A stretch of 36,395 nt of DNA from Candidatus Nanosyncoccus sp. (GTDB lineage: Bacteria; Patescibacteriota; Saccharimonadia; Saccharimonadales; Saccharimonadaceae), in assembly GCA_045576515.1 (NCBI GenBank), contig JAZNGO010000104.1, positions 1-36,395 on the forward strand. Direction: 5' to 3'. This document shows, one piece after another, positions 8,851 through 18,722 of this stretch (the first letter of the stretch is position 1; each line of letters begins with the position of its first letter). A model generated the notes under the pieces. That model had not been told where the DNA came from and searched no databases. It saw nothing but the letters and a program-made list of their open reading frames with translations. Made by a program: the position numbers and the translations under genes.

Positions 8851-9321
8851 ATGCGCGGTTTTAGCAAAGCAATCATCACAGGTAACCTCACTCGCGACCC
8901 AGAGTTGCGCAGCACCCCCAATGGTGCCAGTGTCTGCAGTTTTACTGTAGCAGTGAATCGCGTTTATCGTGATGCTAGCGGGGAACAAAAAGAAGATGTA
9001 TCTTTTATTGACTGTTCAGCTTGGGGCAAACTTGCCGAAATGATTAGTCAATACGCCAAAAAAGGCACCGGAGTGCTCGTATCTGGTCGTCTCGACCAAC
9101 GCAGCTGGGAAGACAAAAACACCGGCCAAAAGCGCTCCCATGTTGAAATTGTAGTCGAAGATTTCAATTTCACCGGCGGTGGTTCTCGCGACAATGGCGG
9201 CTCCAACGCAAGCTTTGGTTCATCTTCTTCCGCAGGTAGTTCTGCCGCAGATGTCCCTGCCGAAGATATGCCAGACGACATCCCTGATGGCGAAATCGAC
9301 CTCAGCGATGTACCATTCTAA
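8851..9321 (+). CDS. ssb: Single-stranded DNA-binding protein
   Basis: [12 protein letters not shown]-fold start and acidic C-terminal tip ending DVPF. Confidence 0.97.
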   Translation: MRGFSKAIITGNLTRDPELRSTPNGASVCSFTVAVNRVYRDASGEQKEDVSFIDCSAWGKLAEMISQYAKKGTGVLVSGRLDQRSWEDKNTGQKRSHVEIVVEDFNFTGGGSRDNGGSNASFGSSSSAGSSAADVPAEDMPDDIPDGEIDLSDVPF

Positions 9322-9335
9322 TAATAAGGAGATAT

Positions 9336-9530
9336 ATGAGAAGGATAAAAGCAAGTCCCAATTTACACTTCGATTATCGCGACACCAAAACATTACAGCG
9401 ATATATCGATAGTTACGGCCGTATTGAGCCTATCGCCAAGACAGGCCTCTCAGCCAAGCAACAGCGCCAGCTAGCAGTCGCTATCAAGCGTGCTCGCCAT
9501 CTAGCGCTCTTGCCATTCGTATCAAACTAA
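9336..9530 (+). CDS. rpsR: 30S ribosomal protein S18 (no zinc-binding cysteines)
   Basis: [32 protein letters not shown]. Confidence 0.95.
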   Translation: MRRIKASPNLHFDYRDTKTLQRYIDSYGRIEPIAKTGLSAKQQRQLAVAIKRARHLALLPFVSN

Positions 9531-9541
9531 CAAGGAGTAAA

Positions 9542-10102
9542 ATGTACGGACCAACAGATTTAAAGAAAAACACCTTGATTACCCTGGATGGTCAGCCTTA
9601 CAAGGTGGTTGAATATTCTCAAAAAGTCATGGGCCGGGGTGGTTCTATCGTCAACGTTAAGGTCAAAAACCTTATTTCTGGCGCTCTCCTCCCTAAGACC
9701 TTCAAAGGTCAGGAAAAAATCGAGCCCGCTGAGGTTACTACCCGCAAGGTGCAGTATCTTTACCGCGACGACGAGAAATTCTACTTCATGGACCCAGAAT
9801 CTTTCGAGCAATACGAGCTCTCTGCCGATATGGTAGGCGACATGAAAGATTTCATGAAAGACGGCGATGAAATGGAGATCCAATTCTACAATGGCACTCC
9901 TATCAATCTAGTCTTGCCAAAAAACATTTGGCTAGCAGTTACTTACACCGAAACTGCCGTCAAGGGCGACACTACCAGCTCGGTCATGAAAGACGCCACC
10001 CTCGAAACAGGCGTAGTTATCAAGGTGCCAGCGTTCATCAAGGAAGGCGACATTGTGTCGGTAGATACAGATACATATGCATACCGCGAACGCAAAAAAT
10101 AG
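9542..10102 (+). CDS. efp: Elongation factor P
   Basis: QYLY, FMD.ESFEQ, VKGDT, ATLETG...VPAFI..GD motifs; 186 aa. Confidence 0.95.
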   Translation: MYGPTDLKKNTLITLDGQPYKVVEYSQKVMGRGGSIVNVKVKNLISGALLPKTFKGQEKIEPAEVTTRKVQYLYRDDEKFYFMDPESFEQYELSADMVGDMKDFMKDGDEMEIQFYNGTPINLVLPKNIWLAVTYTETAVKGDTTSSVMKDATLETGVVIKVPAFIKEGDIVSVDTDTYAYRERKK

Positions 10103-10652
10103 AGGCTATCACAAAATTGAGGGCGCCACGCGTGCCTTCAATTTTGATTTTGCCGGCAAAGTAGTGCTAGACATCGGCTCATCCACCGGTGGGTTCACCG
10201 AAATAGCCTTGGAGCGCGGTGCCACCAAAGTTATCGCCGTAGAAAAGGGAACCAACCAAATGAAATCTCCCCTCCGCTACGACCCCCGCATCGCCCTACA
10301 CGAAAAAACCGATATTTTTGATTTTACCCTCGCAGACAATCAAAAACCAGACGTCATCGTAGCCGACGTATCATTCTTAAGCTTGACAAAAATCTTAAAG
10401 TATGCTAAAATACACTTATCCCGTAGCGATACGGCCTACTTGGTGATGCTCAAACCTCAGTTTGAAGCCACTCCAGCTATGCTAAACAAAGGCGTAGTCA
10501 AAAACGAGAAAATCCGCCGCACTATCATCAAAAACTTTGAAACATGGCTAAAATCCAACGGCTTTGTTATTATTAACAAACGCGACAATACACTTGCCGG
10601 CAAAAACGGCAATTTAGAAAGATTTTATTATTTAATGCTTGCAAAAAAATAA
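10077..10652 (+). CDS. tlyA: TlyA-family RNA methyltransferase lacking the N-terminal S4 domain
   Basis: VLDIGSSTGGFT, DVSFLSL, LKPQFE, GKNGNLE motifs. Confidence 0.8.
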   Translation: MHTANAKNRGYHKIEGATRAFNFDFAGKVVLDIGSSTGGFTEIALERGATKVIAVEKGTNQMKSPLRYDPRIALHEKTDIFDFTLADNQKPDVIVADVSFLSLTKILKYAKIHLSRSDTAYLVMLKPQFEATPAMLNKGVVKNEKIRRTIIKNFETWLKSNGFVIINKRDNTLAGKNGNLERFYYLMLAKK

Positions 10653-10667
10653 ACTTAAGCATATAAT
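10639..10667 (+). promoter_or_regulatory. Promoter of the pilM operon (leaderless)
   Basis: TTGCAA-17 nt-TATAAT ending 7 nt before ATG 10675. Confidence 0.7.
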
Positions 10668-10674
10668 AATATGT

Positions 10675-11721
10675 ATGAACTTATTGCATGGCGTGGGCGA
10701 CTTCTTCTCGCTAGATATCGGGACAAATTCGATGCGTATCGTACAGCTTTCTGGCAGTAGCCAGCGGGGCTGGTCTTTGCAAAAATACGCTTACGTAGCT
10801 ATTACCCCACAGCTAGCTCAAGATTCTTCAGAGATGGGTAGAGCTCGCCTTGGCGAAGCTATTCTTGCTGCGGCCAATCAAGCCGGCATTCGCACTAAAA
10901 ACATCGCCATTGGTATCCCAGCTTCCAAATCTTTCACTTCCATCGTAGAAACAGAAACTCTCCCCGAAAAAGAGCTCATTAAGTCTTTCAAATACGAAAT
11001 AGACAAATACGTCCCTATGCCACTTAGCGATGCCAAGGCCGACTTTATCATTCTCGGCCCCAGTCCCAACGACCCGTCAAAGACAGAAATTCTCGTATCC
11101 TCCGTAGCCAAAGAGTACGCCGAGTCCACTATGGAAATGATTGAAAAAACCGGCCTCAATATCATAGCCATGGAGCCAGAGCCGCTAGCCATGGCTAGGG
11201 CGCTTAATGTTCCTGGCGCTACCGGTGCCACCATGATAGTAGATTTTGGGGAAGAGTCCACTGATATAGTTATCATGTACAAAGATTATCCGCGCCTCGT
11301 GCGCTCTATCCCAGGCGGGGTAGATGTGCTTATCCGTGCTATTGCCAATGGCCTCAATGTGCGCCTAGACCAAGCCCGTCAATTCATCATGAAATTCGGT
11401 CTCGACGAAACCCAAGTTGAGGGCCAAGTGTTTAAGATCCTCAATACTCACCTAGATAGCTACGCCGCCGAGCTTACCAAATCTGCTCGTTTCTTCCAAA
11501 CCAAATACCTCGGCGTGAACGTGGGCGGTATTGTGCTGGCTAGCTATGGTAGCACTATCCCACTTTTCCCAGAATACATCGAAGCCAAAACCAACATCCC
11601 CGCCATGCGTGGCAACCCATGGCAGTTTGTCCGTACTAGCGCCAGCCAACAGCAGGCTCTCGCTAGTGTATCTAGTGATTTTGCCGTAGTGATAGGCTTA
11701 TCAGAAAGGAGTAACGATTAA
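10675..11721 (+). CDS. pilM: Type IV pilus assembly protein PilM
   Basis: Actin-like fold: SLDIGTNS, IVDFGEEST, RSIPGG, GNPW; first gene of the pil operon. Confidence 0.9.
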   Translation: MNLLHGVGDFFSLDIGTNSMRIVQLSGSSQRGWSLQKYAYVAITPQLAQDSSEMGRARLGEAILAAANQAGIRTKNIAIGIPASKSFTSIVETETLPEKELIKSFKYEIDKYVPMPLSDAKADFIILGPSPNDPSKTEILVSSVAKEYAESTMEMIEKTGLNIIAMEPEPLAMARALNVPGATGATMIVDFGEESTDIVIMYKDYPRLVRSIPGGVDVLIRAIANGLNVRLDQARQFIMKFGLDETQVEGQVFKILNTHLDSYAAELTKSARFFQTKYLGVNVGGIVLASYGSTIPLFPEYIEAKTNIPAMRGNPWQFVRTSASQQQALASVSSDFAVVIGLSERSND

Positions 11722-13001
11722 TGTCCCGCGAAATCAACCTAGTACCAGATATCAAAGCCGAGATGCTCAAAGCTCTCCGCATGCGCAATATCATCTTATT
11801 TGTCTGTATTGTTGTGTCCATTGCTGGTGCCAGCGTGGCCGCCATTTTTGCCCTTATCATGGGCGGGCAACAGTTTGCGCTAGATAGTAAGAGCAAAACA
11901 TTAGATACCATGTCTAGTAAGCTTAGCTCGTACAGCGACCTCGGTGAATTTCTCACCATCAAGAATCAAATCGATGGCATAGACTCTCTTACTAGCAACA
12001 AAAAGGTCCTTTCTCGTACCTTTGGTATACTAGCTGCACTTATTCCTACAGGCGATGACAGCATTACCATTTCCAAGCTAGATGTAAATCTCACCGGCAC
12101 CTCCACAAATAGCTCCGATTTTGCCAATGGCAACCCTACGCTTAGCTTTGAAGCCTATGCCAACGCCGGTAAGGAACCATACATCGACTACAAAGTTCTC
12201 GAAGCGTTCAAAAAAAGTATGCAGTTTATGTACTACGATTACGGTAGCTATGTTGACAAAACCGGTGCTACCATCCCGGCCTACTGTATGATAGAAGCTG
12301 GCCAAGACGGCGCCACCTTCTCCGACCCAGAAAAAGGCCGCTACGCCTACTGGACTATTGAAGCCGAAGGCTGTAATCCTTCAGCTCAGTCTGACCCTAC
12401 TGATTCTTCCGATTCTACTAGCTCGTCTAGTGCCACCAGCTCCACCAAGGCCGACGCCCCAACCTACACTACCGAATCTTACGAAGGCCAAACCGTTGTC
12501 AAAATCTGGCGCACCCCGCAATTCGATTCTTGGTACAAAACCACTCAAAAAGAAGGCGAGCCCTATATGAGTCTAGATGGCCAAATCTCCGGGGTAGAGC
12601 ACTTCGAAAGTCAATGCATTTCTTATACTGGCAACATCGGCGCGGATGCTACCACTCCCAAATGGGTAGACAACAAGCTTTGCCAGCTCGTGCCAGACGG
12701 TGTAGATGGGATAGTTATTTCCAACTCTTCCAATGGCCGTGACTCTGGGAATGAGTTGGTCCTTAGGTTTAGCGCAGTTATTACCCTAGACCCCAAAGCT
12801 TACGAATTTGTCAATACCCACATGCTAGCTATACCACCTACTGGGCGCCGCAATGTCACAGATTCATACGTACAGGTCCAGTCTATGTTTGGTGAACGCG
12901 CCAAAGATTGCAAAGAAGATGACACTGATTGTTCCGCAAGTACCAACACTGACACAACTACAGACACAGATAACAATACAAACGGAGGCAACAATGGCTA
13001 A
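11721..13001 (+). CDS. pilN: PilN-like protein with large Cys-containing insertion
   Basis: N-terminal EINLVP (INLLP-type PilM-binding motif), TM helix, coiled coil; follows pilM. Confidence 0.75.
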   Translation: MSREINLVPDIKAEMLKALRMRNIILFVCIVVSIAGASVAAIFALIMGGQQFALDSKSKTLDTMSSKLSSYSDLGEFLTIKNQIDGIDSLTSNKKVLSRTFGILAALIPTGDDSITISKLDVNLTGTSTNSSDFANGNPTLSFEAYANAGKEPYIDYKVLEAFKKSMQFMYYDYGSYVDKTGATIPAYCMIEAGQDGATFSDPEKGRYAYWTIEAEGCNPSAQSDPTDSSDSTSSSSATSSTKADAPTYTTESYEGQTVVKIWRTPQFDSWYKTTQKEGEPYMSLDGQISGVEHFESQCISYTGNIGADATTPKWVDNKLCQLVPDGVDGIVISNSSNGRDSGNELVLRFSAVITLDPKAYEFVNTHMLAIPPTGRRNVTDSYVQVQSMFGERAKDCKEDDTDCSASTNTDTTTDTDNNTNGGNNG

Positions 13002-13875
13002 AGAAATTGCTATCGGCAAACGCGCCAAAATCACTAAAGCTCAGCAAAATATGCTTCTTTCTGTAGGGGTAGCTTCTATTATTTTGGGTGTATCTACTGC
13101 GCTAACCATTCGTTTTATCCAGCAAATTTCCTTCAATTCTAAGGTAATCGCCACCGAAGAAGAGTCCATAGTGGCCTACTCCGACGCCATCAAATCTATC
13201 GGTGTATGCAAGAGCCCCAAAGGCACTATATATACAGAAGACGAGCTAGGCAGCTGTTTTCCAGATAGCATAGACACGGCCTCCATCCCAAATACACTCC
13301 GGGCCAATGTGTTGGAAAAACTTGCCGCCAACGAAGCCCTCAACTCCGTGCCCAACGAATCTTCCTCTATTTGCGTAGACCCCACCAGTGGCAAAAATTA
13401 CACCTACAAAGACCTTAAAGATATTCTAGATGATGCCAAGAAGTCTAATAGCGCTACCGAAATCTCCGCGGCCAATCAACTCATGAAAAGCTGCTCGGCT
13501 TTGCGTGTTATTCCAGATGCCTTGCCTTCATACAAAAACGAAGAAGCTCTTTTGGCTAGCCTCAACAAGCTATTCATCGATGCCGACTGGCAGCCAGAGT
13601 CCCTTAGCCCAGGCGGTGCTGTCCCCGACAATCTTATATTGCCCGATGGCGTCAATGCCTTGCCAGTAAATCTATCCGTAGAAGCCGACGCGGGCACCAC
13701 CGTTAGGGTACTCAGTAATATCGAGCGTTCTATCCGTGAATTTGATATCAGCAGCGCTTCCATCGAATGGAAAAGTGGCAACACCCTTTCTTTGCAAGCT
13801 CCGGCCACCGCATATTACGTAGACAAGGCATCGCTTGCCGAAACAGACATAGTTATCACAGGAGAACAACAATGA
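12994..13875 (+). CDS. pilO: PilO-like protein
   Basis: TM helix; LSNIERSIREFDI PilO-like C-terminal motif; position after pilN; SD GGAGG. Confidence 0.65.
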   Translation: MAKEIAIGKRAKITKAQQNMLLSVGVASIILGVSTALTIRFIQQISFNSKVIATEEESIVAYSDAIKSIGVCKSPKGTIYTEDELGSCFPDSIDTASIPNTLRANVLEKLAANEALNSVPNESSSICVDPTSGKNYTYKDLKDILDDAKKSNSATEISAANQLMKSCSALRVIPDALPSYKNEEALLASLNKLFIDADWQPESLSPGGAVPDNLILPDGVNALPVNLSVEADAGTTVRVLSNIERSIREFDISSASIEWKSGNTLSLQAPATAYYVDKASLAETDIVITGEQQ

Positions 13876-14150
13876 AAACAGATTTACTTACATCTATAGT
13901 CATAGCCATCGCGGGTGTAGCAGCTGGTTTTATTGTTACCAACATGCTCCTTGCACCCATCGAGCCGGTTTCAGTTACTTCCATCGAGTCTAGCGTCAAT
14001 GCCAATCTAGCCGAGCCAGACCCAGAAGTATTCAACTACCGCGCTCTCAACCCTACTGTAGAGGTATACGTTGGTAATTGCGAAGAATACAATGATTTTG
14101 GCGAATGTGTAGAGTCAAATACTGAGCCTGCTCCACAAGAGGGGGAATAA
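13872..14150 (+). CDS. Small membrane-anchored pilus-operon protein
   Basis: ATGA overlap with pilO stop, N-terminal TM helix, overlaps pilB start. Confidence 0.75.
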   Translation: MKTDLLTSIVIAIAGVAAGFIVTNMLLAPIEPVSVTSIESSVNANLAEPDPEVFNYRALNPTVEVYVGNCEEYNDFGECVESNTEPAPQEGE

Positions 14151-15907
14151 TGGCCTCCCTCACCAAAGAAGCAGAAGACAAAATCATTGAGCTTCTAATT
14201 AGCGAAGGCTTGGCCGACTTTAATCTTGTTGACAATATCAAACAAAAAGCCGAAGCCGAAGGCAATTCCGCCATCGCCGAGCTGGTCAACCACAAAATCA
14301 TCAGTAACGACATGGTTTCTCATGCCACAGCCGTAATAGTGGGCATCCCCTATGTAGAGCTCAAAAACATCACTATAGACCAAGAAATATTGGGGAGAAT
14401 CCCCCGCGAAGCGGCCCTCCGTGTCACGGCCGTACCTATCGGTGAAAAAGATGGCGTGCTCAATGTAGCCATGCTAGATGCTGCCAACGTGCAGTATACA
14501 GACTATTTATCTAGCCTTGCCAACCAGCCTATTAGGGTGTGGATGTCATCCGAGCGCGGCATCCGTGAGGCTCTCGACCAGTACCATGGTGATTTCTCTG
14601 GTGTAAAAGAAGCCGTGCAAGAAACTACCGTTTCAGACGACACCCAGTCCGATGCTAAGACTATAGTACAGGATTCTCCTATATCCAAAGCTCTTACTAC
14701 TATTCTTAGCTACGCCGCCAAAACCAAAGCCTCCGATATTCATATCGAACCTTTGGAAGATTCGCTTATTATTCGGTGTCGCGTTGATGGCGTGCTCCGT
14801 AAAATCATGGAACTCCCCAAAACAGTTGCGCCAGCGCTAGTATCTCGTGTCAAAATCTTAAGTAACCTCAAAATAGATGAACACCGTGTACCACAAGACG
14901 GCCAGTTTACCGTACTAGTAGATGGCCAAGAGATTGATTTGCGTATAGCTATTTCGCCTGTCACCTGGGGCGAGCAGGTGGTAATTCGTTTGCTCGACAA
15001 AACCGGCGTTTCCATGGATATCGAGAAAATGGGCATGTCAGGTAGGGCCTTGCGCACCGTACTTGCCGGTATCAAAAAACCCAACGGCATGATACTTACT
15101 TCTGGCCCTACTGGCTCTGGTAAGTCTACTACTCTTTACGCACTCATCCAAAAAATCAAAACCGAAGCTATCAATATAGTCACCCTCGAAGACCCAGTCG
15201 AATACAAAATCAGCGGTATCAACCAAATCCAAGTTAATGTTGATGCCGGCCTTACTTTTGCCTCGGGCCTTCGCTCTATCTTGCGTCAAGACCCAGACGT
15301 AGTAATGGTGGGCGAGATTCGTGACTCCGAAACAGCTTCACTAGCCGTGCAGGCCGCTCTTACAGGTCACTTGGTATTTTCTACTTTGCACACCAATTCC
15401 GCTGCCGGTATTTTGCCACGTCTTCTAGACATGGGTGTGGAGCCATTTTTGCTTGCTTCTACGCTCAATATTGTTATTGGCCAGCGCCTTGTGCGTCGTG
15501 TTACCGAAAGGCACGAGCTATACAAATCATCAGAGCTCGAGACCACCAGCATCAACGAAATAGTAGGGAATATCCTACCCAAGACAAAGGAAGAAGTTGC
15601 CAAAGTCAGCGAAGACCTTGGTTACCCAGGCTTGCCAGTCCGCAATAATAGTCATTACACGCTATCGCGCGGCATGGATACCAAAGAAACCCCCGGCGGC
15701 TATTCCGGCCGTACTGGCTTGTACGAAACTATCAATGTGGATGAAGACATCCAAAAAATGATTATCTCTCACGCCACCGCCAATGAAATTATGCGCCTAG
15801 CCAAGCAAAAGGGAACCATCACCATGCGCCAAGACGGCATTCTCAAGGCCTTGTCTGGCATCACCACCATAGAAGAAGTCAACCGTGTCGCCAGCGACTT
15901 ATCTTAG
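14150..15907 (+). CDS. pilB: Type IV pilus assembly ATPase PilB (GspE/PulE family)
   Basis: ASDIHIEP, PQDG, GPTGSGKST, TLEDPVE, LRQDPD, TGHLVFSTLHTN. Confidence 0.93.
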   Translation: MASLTKEAEDKIIELLISEGLADFNLVDNIKQKAEAEGNSAIAELVNHKIISNDMVSHATAVIVGIPYVELKNITIDQEILGRIPREAALRVTAVPIGEKDGVLNVAMLDAANVQYTDYLSSLANQPIRVWMSSERGIREALDQYHGDFSGVKEAVQETTVSDDTQSDAKTIVQDSPISKALTTILSYAAKTKASDIHIEPLEDSLIIRCRVDGVLRKIMELPKTVAPALVSRVKILSNLKIDEHRVPQDGQFTVLVDGQEIDLRIAISPVTWGEQVVIRLLDKTGVSMDIEKMGMSGRALRTVLAGIKKPNGMILTSGPTGSGKSTTLYALIQKIKTEAINIVTLEDPVEYKISGINQIQVNVDAGLTFASGLRSILRQDPDVVMVGEIRDSETASLAVQAALTGHLVFSTLHTNSAAGILPRLLDMGVEPFLLASTLNIVIGQRLVRRVTERHELYKSSELETTSINEIVGNILPKTKEEVAKVSEDLGYPGLPVRNNSHYTLSRGMDTKETPGGYSGRTGLYETINVDEDIQKMIISHATANEIMRLAKQKGTITMRQDGILKALSGITTIEEVNRVASDLS

Positions 15908-16057
15908 GGCGTTGTTACATAATTCACTACATTTCGGAAGCTACGCGATGTGGTAATAAATTTTACCACATCGCTCCGCCCCTTCGGCGGCCAAATCTGC
16001 CTACCGGCAAATTTGGCCTTAATGTTCCTCAATTGTAGTGAATTATGCAGCAATGCC
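15908..16057 (-). repeat. ~150-nt structured intergenic element, copy 2
   Basis: Reverse complement aligns with 4016-4167: identical ATTGAGGAACATTAAGG, CCGCCG.AGGGGCGGAGC and GCGTAGCTTCCGAAATG blocks; stems differ but still pair. Confidence 0.85.
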
Positions 16058-16069
16058 TATCTTGGCCAC

Positions 16070-16104
16070 AGCTTCCGAAATACAGTGAATTGTATGGCAA
16101 GACC
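16070..16104 (+). repeat. Degenerate partial third copy (3' arm) of the structured element
   Basis: AGCTTCCGAAATACAGTGAATTGTATGGCAAGACC versus AGCTTCCGAAATGTAGTGAATTATGTAACAACGCC. Confidence 0.6.
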
Positions 16105-16156
16105 ATAAGTAAATTTTTCTATACAAATTTATTATGCATATGCTATAATATATAGT

Positions 16157-17242
16157 ATGGATAGTGGGCAACAATTAAATAATACACTTAAGATAGAAAA
16201 TCTTCTTGAGGAATGCGTCAAACGCAACGCATCAGACCTTCATCTGCAATATGGCCTACCGCCTATATTACGTATAGACGGAGCACTAGTTCCGGTCACC
16301 GGCGCAGCTATTTTGCGTGACGATTCTTTACGCGAGCTCATTTTTGCCACCCTAGACGAAGACCAGCAAAAAATCCTTCTCAAAGACAAAGAGTTTGACT
16401 ACTCCTTTGCTTTTGGCGATATTGCTAGGTTTCGTGTGAATGCTTTTCACGAAAAAGGCAAGCTAGCCGCCGCTTTCCGCCTTATTCCCAATCAAATCAA
16501 ATCCATCCACGAGCTGGGCATGCCAGGTATAGTGGAGACTTTCGCCGAATACCCTCGCGGGCTAGTGTTGGTTACTGGGCCTACCGGCTCTGGCAAATCT
16601 ACCACCCTCGCCGCCCTTGTTAACAAAATCAACCACGAAAAATCTGTCCACATTATCACCATCGAAGACCCTATTGAATTCACCCACAAGTCCGAACGCA
16701 GTATTATTGCCCAGCGCGAAGTCCACTACGATACTTTTAGCTTTGCAGCCGCGCTCCGCTCTGTACTTCGTGAAGACCCAGATGTAGTGCTTATCGGCGA
16801 GATGCGCGACCTAGAAACCATCCAAGCCGCCATCACCATCGCCGAAACAGGCCACCTGGTGTTTGCTACCTTGCATACCAACTCCGCCGCCCAAAGTATA
16901 GACCGTATGATAGATGTATTCCCAGCTCATCAGCAGCCACAAGTCCGCACTCAGCTGTCCAATATGCTCATGGCTATTTGTGCTCAGCGTTTGGTGCCAG
17001 CCATTGGTGGCGGGCGCGTAGTTGCCGCCGAAATTATGATAGCCAATTCCGCTATTCGCAATCTTATCCGCGATGGCAAGACCCACCAAATAGATACCGC
17101 CATCCAAACCGGTGCAGACCAAGGCATGCAAACCATGGACCGTACCTTGGTAAAGCTGGTCCAAACAGGCGTTATTTCTTACGATTCGGCCCGCGAATAC
17201 GCTGTAGATATCAACGAATTTAACCGGCTTGTGAGGGGCTAA
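16157..17242 (+). CDS. pilT: Type IV pilus retraction ATPase PilT
   Basis: ASDLHL, RFRVNAF, GPTGSGKSTT, LREDPD, AETGHLV, AIRNLIRD, GMQTMD. Confidence 0.95.
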   Translation: MDSGQQLNNTLKIENLLEECVKRNASDLHLQYGLPPILRIDGALVPVTGAAILRDDSLRELIFATLDEDQQKILLKDKEFDYSFAFGDIARFRVNAFHEKGKLAAAFRLIPNQIKSIHELGMPGIVETFAEYPRGLVLVTGPTGSGKSTTLAALVNKINHEKSVHIITIEDPIEFTHKSERSIIAQREVHYDTFSFAAALRSVLREDPDVVLIGEMRDLETIQAAITIAETGHLVFATLHTNSAAQSIDRMIDVFPAHQQPQVRTQLSNMLMAICAQRLVPAIGGGRVVAAEIMIANSAIRNLIRDGKTHQIDTAIQTGADQGMQTMDRTLVKLVQTGVISYDSAREYAVDINEFNRLVRG

Positions 17243-18447
17243 TGAAACGCTTTAATTATCGCGCCAAAGACAAATCCACCGGCAAGCTCATCAAGGGCAG
17301 TATCCAAGCCGAAGATGAGCGCACCGCTGGTCACTTGCTCTTAGAGCAAGGCTATGTCCCGCAATCTCTCGAAGAAGAAGGCACTGGTATATTTGGTAGC
17401 CAAAGTCGCGTTACCAATAAAGACCGCATCACTTTTACTCGCCAGCTTTCTACACTTATTGGTGCTGGCTTACCTTTGGCCGCTTCGCTTCGCACCGTGA
17501 TAGATCAAACCCAAGGCCGTGGCATGAAAAGCATCGCCGAGGAAATCCTCATCAACGTAGAATCCGGCAAAAGCCTCTACGAATCATTTTCTGCCCACCC
17601 AGATGTATTCAACGGCGTATATCTTGCGCTTATCAAAGCCGGTGAAGCTTCCGGTACGCTAGACCTCGCTCTTAGGCGCCTAGCAGACCAAGAGGAAAAA
17701 GATGCCGCCATGCTGTCCAAAATCCGTAGCGCCCTAGTATACCCAGCCATTATCTTGGCTGTTATTATTGGTGTATTAGTATTTATGATGACCACAGTTG
17801 TGCCACAAGTAGAAGACCTCTACGACGACATGGGCGAAGAAGTCCCGGGCCTTACCAAAGTGTTGGTGGATATGTCCAATTTCTTCGGCGATTTCTGGTG
17901 GCTAGTGCTGATTATAGTGGTAGGCGTAGTGCTTGGATTTTACTTCTTTGTCAAAAGAACCCCCACCGGGCGCAGAGTTATGGATACTATCAAGCTCAAT
18001 GCTCCTATCTTTGGCGGCCTTTTCCGCAAGCTATATGTTTCGCGCTTTGCCCGCACCGCCGAAATGATGCTAGCCACCGGCGTGCCTATGCTAGATGCAA
18101 TCACCATAGCTATAGATGCTACTAGCAATGTAGTAGTAGAAGAAGAATACCAAAAAGCCCTAGAGCCTATCAAAGGCGGCAAGTCTTTGGCCAACGCCCT
18201 AAGAGACCGCGACTACATGCTGCCGCTCGTGCCACAAATGGCATCCATTGGCGAAGAGTCTGGCAAAGTAGACGAAATGCTAGGCAAAGCCGCCCAAGTG
18301 TACGAAAACGAACTAGACACCCAAATAAACAACATCTCCACCATGATAGAGCCTATTCTTATGGTGATTATGGCCGGGCTTATTGGCATAGTTGTAGGAG
18401 GTACCTTGCTACCTATCTACTCGCTAGTTAATTCCGCCAGCGCTTAG
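17242..18447 (+). CDS. pilC: Type IV pilus platform protein PilC (GspF family)
   Basis: FTRQLSTLIGAGLPL, GEASGTL, ALVYP, GEESGK, EP motifs. Confidence 0.93.
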   Translation: MKRFNYRAKDKSTGKLIKGSIQAEDERTAGHLLLEQGYVPQSLEEEGTGIFGSQSRVTNKDRITFTRQLSTLIGAGLPLAASLRTVIDQTQGRGMKSIAEEILINVESGKSLYESFSAHPDVFNGVYLALIKAGEASGTLDLALRRLADQEEKDAAMLSKIRSALVYPAIILAVIIGVLVFMMTTVVPQVEDLYDDMGEEVPGLTKVLVDMSNFFGDFWWLVLIIVVGVVLGFYFFVKRTPTGRRVMDTIKLNAPIFGGLFRKLYVSRFARTAEMMLATGVPMLDAITIAIDATSNVVVEEEYQKALEPIKGGKSLANALRDRDYMLPLVPQMASIGEESGKVDEMLGKAAQVYENELDTQINNISTMIEPILMVIMAGLIGIVVGGTLLPIYSLVNSASA

Positions 18448-18722
18448 CGTTTGTATTGCATTATTCATACATTGTTAGTACACTACTCGGCATTTTTTTT
18501 CTCAATGTCTACAAAGGGAAGGGCTTGGCTATATCGCATTCATGGCCAAGCCAGCATCGCAGCGTATATTAGTTGTCAGCTATCGGCCGAAGGTAACATA
18601 TTATGTCTATGACATCGCTACCAGCATCACTAAATATCTTTCCAAAAAAACAACCCTCATCACGAAGGTTGTCCATTGTTGAATGCCAGTTGAGCTATGC
18701 TACTAACTCCAAACCAGTATCA

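Noticed and set aside
10085..10110. Programmed frameshift fusing EF-P to TlyA at the A6 run
   Set aside because: Not a canonical slippery heptamer, no stimulatory structure seen, and an in-frame ATG exists at 10077.
18448..18722. Possible pilin pseudogene or small ORF (18603-18821) between pilC and pilin A
   Set aside because: No pilin signature found; the ORF overlaps pilin A antisense; only a modest hairpin near 18522-18552.
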